Positions 24,910 to 38,800 of a DNA stretch of 64,000 bases are shown piece by piece. A model generated the notes under the pieces. That model was not told where the DNA came from. It saw nothing but the letters and a program-made list of their open reading frames with translations, and did no database searches. Each line of letters starts with the position of its first letter. The stretch's first letter is position 1. Origin of the DNA: Auanema rhodensis (taxonomy: Eukaryota; Animalia; Nematoda); contig OZ059899.1 in assembly GCA_964057225.1 (NCBI GenBank), positions 2,418,001 to 2,482,000 of the forward strand, written 5' to 3'. A program made the position numbers and the translations under genes.

Positions 24910-27900
24910 AAGCTGCGTCGATCTGTGTTATCAGATTTGCGCTAGCTTAAAAATGCACCGAGATATCAACTGATATAAGTTCACACTTATATCCTCGATT
25001 TTCACCCTGAAGAATTGATTTTTTCGTTGAATAACATTGTCTATCGTCTTTGCCTTGAAAAATGGAATTTAAAAACATCTACTTTTTGCTAAATTATTTT
25101 GAAATTTTTCGAAAAAATTTTTGTCAAAATGTTTTTGGAAGCAATGTTGAGTGTACATGGAAACTCAACATACACTAATGCATCATTTTTCAAACAATCA
25201 TAACTAATTTGTGTATTAAGCGTTTCTCAATGTAGTATAGTGCATTCGATGCGGATTTTTAAGCTGCGTCGATCTGTGTTATCAGATTTGCGCTAGCTTA
25301 AAAATGCACCGAGATATCAACTGATATAAGTTCACACTTATATCCTCGATTTTCACCCTGAAGAATTGATTTTTTCGTTGAATAACATTGTCTATCGTCT
25401 TTGCCTTGAAAAATGGAATTTAAAAACATCTACTTTTTGCTAAATTATTTTGAAATTTTTCGAAAAAATTTTTGTCAAAATGTTTTTGGAAGCAATGTTG
25501 AGTGTACATGGAAACTCAACATACACTAATGCATCATTTTTCAAACAATCATAACTAATTTGTGTATTAAGCGTTTCTCAATGTAGTATAGTGCATTCGA
25601 TGCGGATTTTTAAGCTGCGTCGATCTGTGTTATCAGATTTGCGCTAGCTTAAAAATGCACCGAGATATCAACTGATATAAGTTCACACTTATATCCTCGA
25701 TTTTCACCCTGAAGAATTGATTTTTTCGTTGAATAACATTGTCTATCGTCTTTGCCTTGAAAAATGGAATCTAAAAACATCTACTTTTTGCTAAATTATT
25801 TTGAAATTTTTCGAAAAAATTTTTGTCAAAATGTTTTTGGAAGCAATGTTGAGTGTACATGGAAACTCAACATACACTAATGCATCATTTTTCAAACAAT
25901 CATAACTAATTTGTGTATTAAGCGTTTCTCAATGTAGTATAGTGCATTCGATGCGGATTTTTAAGCTGCGTCGATCTGTGTTATCAGATTTGCGCTAGCT
26001 TAAAAATGCACCGAGATATCAACTGATATAAGTTCACACTTATATCCTCGATTTTCACCCTGAAGAATTGATTTTTTCGTTGAATAACATTGTCTATCGT
26101 CTTTGCCTTGAAAAATGGAATTTAAAAACATCTACTTTTTGCTAAATTATTTTGAAATTTTTCGAAAAAATTTTTGTCAAAATGTTTTTGGAAGCAATGT
26201 TGAGTGTACATGGAAACTCAACATACACTAATGCATCATTTTTCAAACAATCATAACTAATTTGTGTATTAAGCGTTTCTCAATGTAGTATAGTGCATTC
26301 GATGCGGATTTTTAAGCTGCGTCGATCTGTGTTATCAGATTTGCGCTAGCTTAAAAATGCACCGAGATATCAACTGATATAAGTTCACACTTATATCCTC
26401 GATTTTCACCCTGAAGAATTGATTTTTCGTTGAATAACATTGTCTATCGTCTTTGTCTTGAAAAATGGAATCCAAAAACATCTACTTTTTGCTAAATTAT
26501 TTTGAAATTTTTCGAAAAAATTTTTGTCAAAATGTTTTTGGAAGCAATGTTGAGTGTACATGGAAACTCAACATACACTAATGCATCATTTCTCAAACGA
26601 TCATAACTAATTTGTGTATTAAGCGTTTCTCAATGTAGTATAGTGCATTCGATGCGGATTTTTAAGCTGCGTCGATCTGTGTTATCAGATTTGCGCTAGC
26701 TTAAAATTGCACCGAGATATCAACTGATATAAGTTCACACTTATATCCTCGATTTTCACCCTGAAGAATTGATTTTTTCGTTGAATAACATTGTCTATCG
26801 TCTTTGCCTTGAAAAATGGAATCTAAAAACATCTACTTTTTGCTAAATTATTTTGAAATTTTTCGAAAAAATTTTTGTCAAAATGTTTTTGGAAGCAATG
26901 TTGAGTGTACATGGAAACTCAACATACACTAATGCATCATTTTTCAAACGATCATAACTAATTTGTGTATTAAGCGTTTCTCAATGTAGTATAGTGCATT
27001 CGATGCGGATTTTTAAGCTGCGTCGATCTGTGTTATCAGATTTGCGCTAGCTTAAAATTGCACCGAGATATCAACTGATATAAGTTCACACTTATATCCT
27101 CGATTTTCACCCTGAAGAATTGATTTTTTCGTTGAATAACATTGTCTATCGTCTTTGCCTTGAAAAATGGAATCTAAAAACATCTACTTTTTGCTAAATT
27201 ATTTTGAAATTTTTCGAAAAAATTTTTGTCAAAATGTTTTTGGAAGCAATGTTGAGTGTACATGGAAACTCAACATACACTAATGCATCATTTTTCAAAC
27301 AATCATAACTAATTTGTGTATTAAGCGTTTCTCAATGTAGTATAGTGCATTCGATGCGGATTTTTAAGCTGCGTCGATCTGTGTTATCAGATTTGCGCTA
27401 GCTTAAAAATGCACCGAGATATCAACTGATATAAGTTCACACTTATATCCTCGATTTTCACCCTGAAGAATTGATTTTTTCGTTGAATAACATTGTCTAT
27501 CGTCTTTGCCTTGAAAAATGGAATTTAAAAACATCTACTTTTTGCTAAATTATTTTGAAATTTTTCGAAAAAATTTTTGTCAAAATGTTTTTGGAAGCAA
27601 TGTTGAGTGTACATGGAAACTCAACATACACTAATGCATCATTTTTCAAACAATCATAACTAATTTGTGTATTAAGCGTTTCTCAATGTAGTATAGTGCA
27701 TTCGATGCGGATTTTTAAGCTGCGTCGATCTGTGTTATCAGATTTGCGCTAGCTTAAAAATGCACCGAGATATCAACTGATATAAGTTCACACTTATATC
27801 CTCGATTTTCACCCTGAAGAATTGATTTTTTCGTTGAATAACATTGTCTATCGTCTTTGCCTTGAAAAATGGAATTTAAAAACATCTACTTTTTGCTAAA

Positions 27901-29821
27901 TTATTTTGAAATTTTTCGAAAAAATTTTTGTCAAAATGTTTTTGGAAGCAATGTTGAGTGTACATGGAAACTCAACATACACTAATGCATCATTTTTCAA
28001 ACAATCATAACTAATTTGTGTATTAAGCGTTTCTCAATGTAGTATAGTGCATTCGATGCGGATTTTTAAGCTGCGTCGATCTGTGTTATCAGATTTGCGC
28101 TAGCTTAAAAATGCACCGAGATATCAACTGATATAAGTTCACACTTATATCCTCGATTTTCACCCTGAAGAATTGATTTTTTCGTTGAATAACATTGTCT
28201 ATCGTCTTTGCCTTGAAAAATGGAATCTAAAAACATCTACTTTTTGCTAAATTATTTTGAAATTTTTCGAAAAAATTTTTGTCAAAATGTTTTTGGAAGC
28301 AATGTTGAGTGTACATGGAAACTCAACATACACTAATGCATCATTTTTCAAACAATCATAACTAATTTGTGTATTAAGCGTTTCTCAATGTAGTATAGTG
28401 CATTCGATGCGGATTTTTAAGCTGCGTCGATCTGTGTTATCAGATTTGCGCTAGCTTAAAAATGCACCGAGATATCAACTGATATAAGTTCACACTTATA
28501 TCCTCGATTTTCACCCTGAAGAATTGATTTTTTCGTTGAATAACATTGTCTATCGTCTTTGCCTTGAAAAATGGAATTTAAAAACATCTACTTTTTGCTA
28601 AATTATTTTGAAATTTTTCGAAAAAATTTTTGTCAAAATGTTTTTGGAAGCAATGTTGAGTGTACATGGAAACTCAACATACACTAATGCATCATTTTTC
28701 AAACAATCATAACTAATTTGTGTATTAAGCGTTTCTCAATGTAGTATAGTGCATTCGATGCGGATTTTTAAGCTGCGTCGATCTGTGTTATCAGATTTGC
28801 GCTAGCTTAAAAATGCACCGAGATATCAACTGATATAAGTTCACACTTATATCCTCGATTTTCACCCTGAAGAATTGATTTTTCGTTGAATAACATTGTC
28901 TATCGTCTTTGTCTTGAAAAATGGAATCCAAAAACATCTACTTTTTGCTAAATTATTTTGAAATTTTTCGAAAAAATTTTTGTCAAAATGTTTTTGGAAG
29001 CAATGTTGAGTGTACATGGAAACTCAACATACACTAATGCATCATTTTTCAAACGATCATAACTAATTTGTGTATTAAGCGTTTCTCAATGTAGTATAGT
29101 GCATTCGATGCGGATTTTTAAGCTGCGTCGATCTGTGTTATCAGATTTGCGCTAGCTTAAAATTGCACCGAGATATCAACTGATATAAGTTCACACTTAT
29201 ATCCTCGATTTTCACCCTGAAGAATTGATTTTTTCGTTGAATAACATTGTCTATCGTCTTTGCCTTGAAAAATGGAATCTAAAAACATCTACTTTTTGCT
29301 AAATTATTTTGAAATTTTTCGAAAAAATTTTTGTCAAAATGTTTTTGGAAGCAATGTTGAGTGTACATGGAAACTCAACATACACTAATGCATCATTTTT
29401 CAAACGATCATAACTAATTTGTGTATTAAGCGTTTCTCAATGTAGTATAGTGCATTCGATGCGGATTTTTAAGCTGCGTCGATCTGTGTTATCAGATTTG
29501 CGCTAGCTTAAAATTGCACCGAGATATCAACTGATATAAGTTCACACTTATATCCTCGATTTTCACCCTGAAGAATTGATTTTTTCGTTGAATAACATTG
29601 TCTATCGTCTTTGCCTTGAAAAATGGAATCTAAAAACATCTACTTTTTGCTAAATTATTTTGAAATTTTTCGAAAAAATTTTTGTCAAAATGTTTTTGGA
29701 AGCAATGTTGAGTGTACATGGAAACTCAACATACACTAATGCATCATTTTTCAAACGATCATAACTAATTTGTGTATTAAGCGTTTCTCAATGTAGTATA
29801 GTGCATTCGATGCGGATTTTT
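24910..29821. repeat. Tandem 7-mer duplication (2456 bp x2)
   Basis: The order D-D-C-D-E(161C)-44T-44T occurs at 24910-27365 and 27366-29821. The rare m161C allele is at 26473 and 28929. Confidence 0.82.
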
Positions 29822-32800
29822 AAGCTGCGTCGATCTGTGTTATCAGATTTGCGCTAGCTTAAAAATGCACCGAGATATCAACTGATATAAGTTCACACTT
29901 ATATCCTCGATTTTCACCCTGAAGAATTGATTTTTCGTTGAATAACATTGTCTATCGTCTTTGTCTTGAAAAATGGAATCCAAAAACATCTACTTTTTGC
30001 TAAATTATTTTGAAATTTTTCGAAAAAATTTTTGTCAAAATGTTTTTGGAAGCAATGTTGAGTGTACATGGAAACTCAACATACACTAATGCATCATTTT
30101 TCAAACGATCATAACTAATTTGTGTATTAAGCGTTTCTCAATGTAGTATAGTGCATTCGATGCGGATTTTTAAGCTGCGTCGATCTGTGTTATCAGATTT
30201 GCGCTAGCTTAAAATTGCACCGAGATATCAACTGATATAAGTTCACACTTATATCCTCGATTTTCACCCTGAAGAATTGATTTTTTCGTTGAATAACATT
30301 GTCTATCGTCTTTGCCTTGAAAAATGGAATCTAAAAACATCTACTTTTTGCTAAATTATTTTGAAATTTTTCGAAAAAATTTTTGTCAAAATGTTTTTGG
30401 AAGCAATGTTGAGTGTACATGGAAACTCAACATACACTAATGCATCATTTTTCAAACGATCATAACTAATTTGTGTATTAAGCGTTTCTCAATGTAGTAT
30501 AGTGCATTCGATGCGGATTTTTAAGCTGCGTCGATCTGTGTTATCAGATTTGCGCAAGCTTAAAATTGTACCGAGATATCAACTGATATAAGTTCACACT
30601 TATATCCTCGATTTTCACCCTGAAGAATTGATTTTTTCGTTGAATAACATTGTCTATCGTCTTTGCCTTGAAAAATGGAATCTAAAAACATCTACTTTTT
30701 GCTAAATTATTTTGAAATTTTTCGAAAAAATTTTTGTCAAAATGTTTTTGGAAGCAATGTTGAGTGTACATGGAAACTCAACATACACTAATGCATCATT
30801 TTTCAAACGATCATAACTAATTTGTGTATTAAGCGTTTCTCAATGTAGTATAGTGCATTCGATGCGGATTTTTAAGCTGCGTCGATCTGTGTTATCAGAT
30901 TTGCGCTAGCTTAAAAATGCACCGAGATATCAACTGATATAAGTTCACACTTATATCCTCGATTTTCACCCTGAAGAATTGATTTTTTCGTTGAATAACA
31001 TTGTCTATCGTCTTTGCCTTAAAAAATGGAATTTAAAAACATCTACTTTTTGCTAAATTATTTTGAAATTTTTCGAAAAAATTTTTGTCAAAATGTTTTT
31101 GGAAGCAATGTTGAGTGTACATGGAAACTCAACATACACTAATGCATCATTTTTCAAACAATCATAACTAATTTGTGTATTAAGCGTTTCTCAATGTAGT
31201 ATAGTGCATTCAATGCGGATTTTTAAGCTGCGTCGATCTGTGTTATCAGATTTGCGCTAGCTTAAAAATGCACCGAGATATCAACTGATATAAGTTCACA
31301 CTTATATCCTCGATTTTCACCCTGAAGAATTGATTTTTTCGTTGAATAACATTGTCTATCGTCTTTGCCTTGAAAAATGGAATCTAAAAACATCTACTTT
31401 TTGCTAAATTATTTTGAAATTTTTCGAAAAAATTTTTGTCAAAATGTTTTTGGAAGCAATGTTGAGTGTACATGGAAACTCAACATACACTAATGCATCA
31501 TTTTTCAAACAATCATAACTAATTTGTGTATTAAGCGTTTCTCAATGTAGTATAGTGCATTCGATGCGGATTTTTAAGCTGCGTCGATCTGTGTTATCAG
31601 ATTTGCGCTAGCTTAAAAATGCACCGAGATATCAACTGATATAAGTTCACACTTATATCCTCGATTTTCACTCTGAAGAATTGATTTTTTCGTTGAATAA
31701 CATTGTCTATCGTCTTTGCCTTGAAAAATGGAATTTAAAAACATCTACTTTTTGCTAAATTATTTTGAAATTTTTCGAAAAAATTTTTGTCAAAATGTTT
31801 TTGGAAGCAATGTTGAGTGTACATGGAAACTCAACATACACTAATGCATCATTTTTCAAACAATCATAACTAATTTGTGTATTAAGCGTTTCTCAATGTA
31901 GTATAGTGCATTCGATGCGGATTTTTAAGCTGCGTCGATCTGTGTTATCAGATTTGCGCTAGCTTAAAAATGCACCGAGATATCAACTGATATAAGTTCA
32001 CACTTATATCCTCGATTTTCACCCTGAAGAATTGATTTTTTCGTTGAATAACATTGTCTATCGTCTTTGCCTTGAAAAATGGAATCTAAAAACATCTACT
32101 TTTTGCTAAATTATTTCGAAATTTTTCGAAAAAATTTTTGTCAAAATGTTTTTGGAAGCAATGTTGAGTGTACATGGAAACTCAACATACACTAATGCAT
32201 CATTTTTCAAACAATCATAACTAATTTGTGTATTAAGCGTTTCTCAATGTAGTATAGTGCATTCGATGCGGATGTTTAAGCTGCGTCGATCTGTGTTATC
32301 AGATTTGCGCTAGCTTAAAAATGCACCGAGATATCAACTGATATAAGTTCACACTTATATCCTCGATTTTCACCCTGAAGAATTAATTTTTTCGTTGAAT
32401 AACATTGTCCATCGTCTTTGCCTTGGAAAATGGAATCTAAAAACATCTACTTTTTGCTAAATTATTTTGAAATTTTTCGAAAAAATTTTTGTCAAAATGT
32501 TTTTGGAAGCAATGTTGAGTGTACATGGAAACTCAACATACACTAATGCATCATTTTTCAAACAATCATAACTAATTTGTGTATTAAGCGTTTCTCAATG
32601 TAGTATAGTGCATTCGATGCGGATTTTTAAGCTGCGTCGATCTGTGTTATCAGATTTGCGCTAGCTTAAAAATGCACCGAGATATCAACTGATATAAGTT
32701 CACACTTATATCCTCGATTTTCACCCTGAAGAATTAATTTTTTCGTTGAATAACATTGTCCATCGTCTTTGCCTTGGAAAATGGAATCTAAAAACATCTA

Positions 32801-35800
32801 CTTTTTGCTAAATTATTTTGAAATTTTTCGAAAAAATTTTTGTCAAAATGTTTTTGGAAGCAATGTTGAGTGTACATGGAAACTCAACATACACTAATGC
32901 ATCATTTTTCAAACAATCATAACTAATTTGTGTATTAAGCGTTTCTCAATGTAGTATAGTGCATTCAATGCGGATTTTTAAGCTGCGTCGATCTGTGTTA
33001 TCAGATTTGCGCTAGCTTAAAAATGCACCGAGATATCAACTGATATAAGTTCACACTTATATCCTCGATTTTCACCCTGAAGAATTGATTTTTTCGTTGA
33101 ATAACATTGTCTATCGTCTTTGCCTTGAAAAATGGAATCTAAAAACATCTACTTTTTGCTAAATTATTTTGAAATTTTTCGAAAAAAATTTTGTCAAAAT
33201 GTTTTTTGAAGCAATGTTGAGTGTACATGGAAACTCAACATACACTAATGCATCATTTTTCAAACAATCATAACTAATTTGTGTATTAAGCGTTTCTCAA
33301 TGTAGTATAGTGCATTCGATGCGGATTTTTAAGCTGCGTCGATCTGTGTTATCAGATTTGCGCTAGCTTAAAAATGCACCGAGATATCAACTGATATAAG
33401 TTCACACTTATATCCTCGATTTTCACCCTGAAGAATTGATTTTTTCGTTGAATAACATTGTCTATCGTCTTTGTCTTGAAAAATGGAATTTAAAAACATC
33501 TACTTTTTGCTAAATTATTTTGAAATTTTTCGAAAAAATTTTTGTCAAAATGTTTTTGGAAGCAATGTTGAGTGTACATGGAAACTCAACATACACTAAT
33601 GCATCATTTTTCAAACAATCATAACTAATTTGTGTATTAAGCGTTTCTCAATGTAGTATAGTGCATTCAATGCGGATTTTTAAGCTGCGTCGATCTGTGT
33701 TATCAGATTTGCGCTAGCTTAAAAATGCACCGAGATATCAACTGATATAAGTTCACACTTATATCCTCGATTTTCACCCTGAAGAATTGATTTTTTCGTT
33801 GAATAACATTGTCTATCGTCTTTGCCTTGAAAAATGGAATCTAAAAACATCTACTTTTTGCTAAATTATTTTGAAATTTTTCGAAAAAATTTTTGTCAAA
33901 ATGTTTTTGGAAGCAATGTTGAGTGTACATGGAAACTCAACATACACTAATGCATCATTTTTCAAACGATCATAACTAATTTTTGTATCAAGCGTTTCTC
34001 AATGTAGTATAGTGCATTCGATGCGGATTTTTAAGCTGCGTCGATCTGTGTTATCAGATTTGCGCTAGCTTAAAAATGCACCGAGATACCAACTGATATA
34101 AGTTCACACTTATATCCTCGATTTTCACCCTGAAGAATTAATTTTTTCGTTGAATAACATTGTCCATCGTCTTTGCCTTGGAAAATGGAATCTAAAAACA
34201 TCTACTTTTTGCTAAATTATTTTGAAATTTTTGGAAAAAATTTTTGTCAAAATGTTTTTGGAAGCAATGTTGAGTGTACATGGAAACTCAACATACACTA
34301 ATGCATCATTTTTCAAACGATCATAACTAATTTTTGTATCAAACGTTTCTCAATGTAGTATAGTGCATTCGATGCGGATTTTTAAGCTGCGTCGATCTGT
34401 GTTATCAGATTTGCGCTAGCTTAAAAATGCACCGAGATATCAACTGATATAAGTTCACACTTATATCCTCGATTTTCACCCTGAAGAATTGATTTTTTCG
34501 TTGAATAACATTGTCTATCGTCTTTGCCTTGAAAAATGGAATCTAAAAACATCTACTTTTTGCTAAATTATTTTGAAATTTTTCGAAAAAATTTTTGTCA
34601 AAATGTTTTTGGAAGCAATGTTGAGTGTACATGGAAACTCAACATACACTAATGCATCATTTTTCAAACAATCATAACTAATTTGTGTATTAAGCGTTTC
34701 TCAATGTAGTATAGTGCATTCGATGCGGATTTTTAAGCTGCGTCGATCTGTGTTATCAGATTTGCGCTAGCTTAAAAATGCACCGAGATATCAACTGATA
34801 TAAGTTCACACTTATATCCTCGATTTTCACCCTGAAGAATTGATTTTTTCGTTGAATAACATTGTCTATCGTCTTTGCCTTGAAAAATGGAATTTAAAAA
34901 CATCTACTTTTTGCTAAATTATTTTGAAATTTTTCGAAAAAATTTTTGTCAAAATGTTTTTGGAAGCAATGTTGAGTGTACATGGAAACTCAACATACAC
35001 TAATGCATCATTTTTCAAACAATCATAACTAATTTGTGTATTAAGCGTTTCTCAATGTAGTATAGTGCATTCAATGCGGATTTTTAAGCTGCGTCGATCT
35101 GTGTTATCAGATTTGCGCTAGCTTAAAAATGCACCGAGATATCAACTGATATAAGTTCACACTTATATCCTCGATTTTCACCCTGAAGAATTGATTTTTT
35201 CGTTGAATAACATTGTCTATCGTCTTTGCCTTGAAAAATGGAATTTAAAAACATCTACTTTTTGCTAAATTATTTTGAAATTTTTCGAAAAAATTTTTGT
35301 CAAAATGTTTTTGGAAGCAATGTTGAGTGTACATGGAAACTCAACATACACTAATGCATCATTTTTCAAACAATCATAACTAATTTGTGTATTAAGCGTT
35401 TCTCAATGTAGTATAGTGCATTCAATGCGGATTTTTAAGCTGCGTCGATCTGTGTTATCAGATTTGCGCTAGCTTAAAAATGCACCGAGATATCAACTGA
35501 TATAAGTTCACACTTATATCCTCGATTTTCACCCTGAAGAATTGATTTTTTCGTTGAATAACATTGTCTATCGTCTTTGTCTTGAAAAATGGAATTTAAA
35601 AACATCTACTTTTTGCTAAATTATTTTGAAATTTTTCGAAAAAATTTTTGTCAAAATGTTTTTGGAAGCAATGTTGAGTGTACATGGAAACTCAACATAC
35701 ACTAATGCATCATTTTTCAAACAATCATAACTAATTTGTGTATTAAGCGTTTCTCAATGTAGTATAGTGCATTCAATGCGGATTTTTAAGCTGCGTCGAT

Positions 35801-38800
35801 CTGTGTTATCAGATTTGCGCTAGCTTAAAAATGCACCGAGATATCAACTGATATAAGTTCACACTTATATCCTCGATTTTCACCCTGAAGAATTGATTTT
35901 TTCGTTGAATAACATTGTCTATCGTCTTTGCCTTGAAAAATGGAATCTAAAAACATCTACTTTTTGCTAAATTATTTTGAAATTTTTCGAAAAAATTTTT
36001 GTCAAAATGTTTTTGGAAGCAATGTTGAGTGTACATGGAAACTCAACATACACTAATGCATCATTTTTCAAACGATCATAACTAATTTTTGTATCAAGCG
36101 TTTCTCAATGTAGTATAGTGCATTCGATGCGGATTTTTAAGCTGCGTCGATCTGTGTTATCAGATTTGCGCTAGCTTAAAAATGCACCGAGATATCAACT
36201 GATATAAGTTCACACTTATATCCTCGATTTTCACCCTGAAGAATTAATTTTTTCGTTGAATAACATTGTCCATCGTCTTTGCCTTGGAAAATGGAATCTA
36301 AAAACATCTACTTTTTGCTAAATTATTTTGAAATTTTTGGAAAAAATTTTTGTCAAAATGTTTTTGGAAGCAATGTTGAGTGTACATGGAAACTCAACAT
36401 ACACTAATGCATCATTTTTCAAACGATCATAACTAATTTTTGTATCAAACGTTTCTCAATGTAGTATAGTGCATTCGATGCGGATTTTTAAGCTGCGTCG
36501 ATCTGTGTTATCAGATTTGCGCTAGCTTAAAAATGCACCGAGATATCAACTGATATAAGTTCACACTTATATCCTCGATTTTCACCCTGAAGAATTGATT
36601 TTTTCGTTGAATAACATTGTCTATCGTCTTTGCCTTGAAAAATGGAATCTAAAAACATCTACTTTTTGCTAAATTATTTTGAAATTTTTCGAAAAAAATT
36701 TTGTCAAAATGTTTTTGGAAGCAATGTTGAGTGTACATGGAAACTCAACATACACTAATGCATCATTTTTCAAACGATCATAACTAATTTTTGTATCAAA
36801 CGTTTCTCAATGTAGTATAGTGCATTCGATGCGGATTTTTAAGCTGCGTCGATCTGTGTTATCAGATTTGCGCTAGCTTAAAAATGCACCGAGATATCAA
36901 CTGATATAAGTTCACACTTATATCCTCGATTTTCACCCTGAAGAATTGATTTTTTCGTTGAATAACATTGTCTATCGTCTTTGCCTTGAAAAATGGAATC
37001 TAAAAACATCTACTTTTTGCTAAATTATTTTGAAATTTTTCGAAAAAAATTTTGTCAAAATGTTTTTGGAAACAATGTTGAGTGTACATGGAAACTCAAC
37101 ATACACTAATGCATCATTTTTCAAACAATCATAACTAATTTGTGTATTAAGCGTTTCTCAATGTAGTATAGTGCATTCGATGCGGATTTTTAAGCTGCGT
37201 CGATCTGTGTTATCAGATTTGCGCTAGCTTAAAAATGCACCGAGATATCAACTGATATAAGTTCACACTTATATCCTCGATTTTCACCCTGAAGAATTGA
37301 TTTTTCGTTGAATAACATTGTCTATCGTCTTTGTCTTGAAAAATGGAATCTAAAAACATCTACTTTTTGCTAAATTATTTTGAAATTTTTCGAAAAAATT
37401 TTTGTCAAAATGTTTTTGGAAGCAATGTTGAGTGTACATGGAAACTCAACATACACTAATGCATCATTTTTCAAACGATCATAACTAATTTTTGTATCAA
37501 GCGTTTCTCGATGTAGTATAGTGCATTCGATGCGGATTTTTAAGCTGCGTCGATCTGTGTTATCAGATTTGCGCTAGCTTAAAAATGCACCGAGATATCA
37601 ACTGATATAAGTTCACACTTATATCCTCGATTTTCACCCTGAATAATTGATTTTTTCGTTGAATAACATTGTCTATCGTCTTTGCCTTGAAAAATGGAAT
37701 CTAAAAACATCTACTTTTTGCTAAATTATTTTGAAATTTTTCGAAAAAATTTTTGTCAAAATGTTTTTGGAAGCAATGTTGAGTGTACATGGAAACTCAA
37801 CATACACTAATGCATCATTTTTCAAACGATCATAACTAATTTGTGTATCAAACGTTTCTCAATGTAGTATAGTGCATTCGATGCGGATTTTTAAGCTGCG
37901 TCGATCTGTGTTATCAGATTTGCGCTAGCTTAAAAATGCACCGAGATATCAACTGATATAAGTTCACACTTATATCCTCGATTTTCACCCTGAAGAATTG
38001 ATTTTTTCGTTGAATAACATTGTCTATCGTCTTTGCCTTGAAAAATGGAATCTAAAAACATCTACTTTTTGCTAAATTATTTTGAAATTTTTCGAAAAAA
38101 ATTTTGTCAAAATGTTTTTGGAAGCAATGTTGAGTGTACATGGAAACTCAACATACACTAATGCATCATTTTTCAAACGATCATAACTAATTTTTGTATC
38201 AAACGTTTCTCAATGTAGTATAGTGCATTCGATGCGGATTTTTAAGCTGCGTCGATCTGTGTTATCAGATTTGCGCTAGCTTAAAAATGCACCGAGATAT
38301 CAACTGATATAAGTTCACACTTATATCCTCGATTTTCACCCTGAAGAATTGATTTTTTCGTTGAATAACATTGTCTATCGTCTTTGCCTTGAAAAATGGA
38401 ATCTAAAAACATCTACTTTTTGCTAAATTATTTTGAAATTTTTCGAAAAAAATTTTGTCAAAATGTTTTTGGAAGCAATGTTGAGTGTACATGGAAACTC
38501 AACATACACTAATGCATCATTTTTCAAACAATCATAACTAATTTGTGTATTAAGCGTTTCTCAATGTAGTATAGTGCATTCGATGCGGATTTTTAAGCTG
38601 CGTCGATCTGTGTTATCAGATTTGCGCTAGCTTAAAAATGCACCGAGATATCAACTGATATAAGTTCACACTTATATCCTCGATTTTCACCCTGAAGAAT
38701 TGATTTTTTCGTTGAATAACATTGTCTATCGTCTTTGTCTTGAAAAATGGAATTTAAAAACATCTACTTTTTGCTAAATTATTTTGAAATTTTTGGAAAA

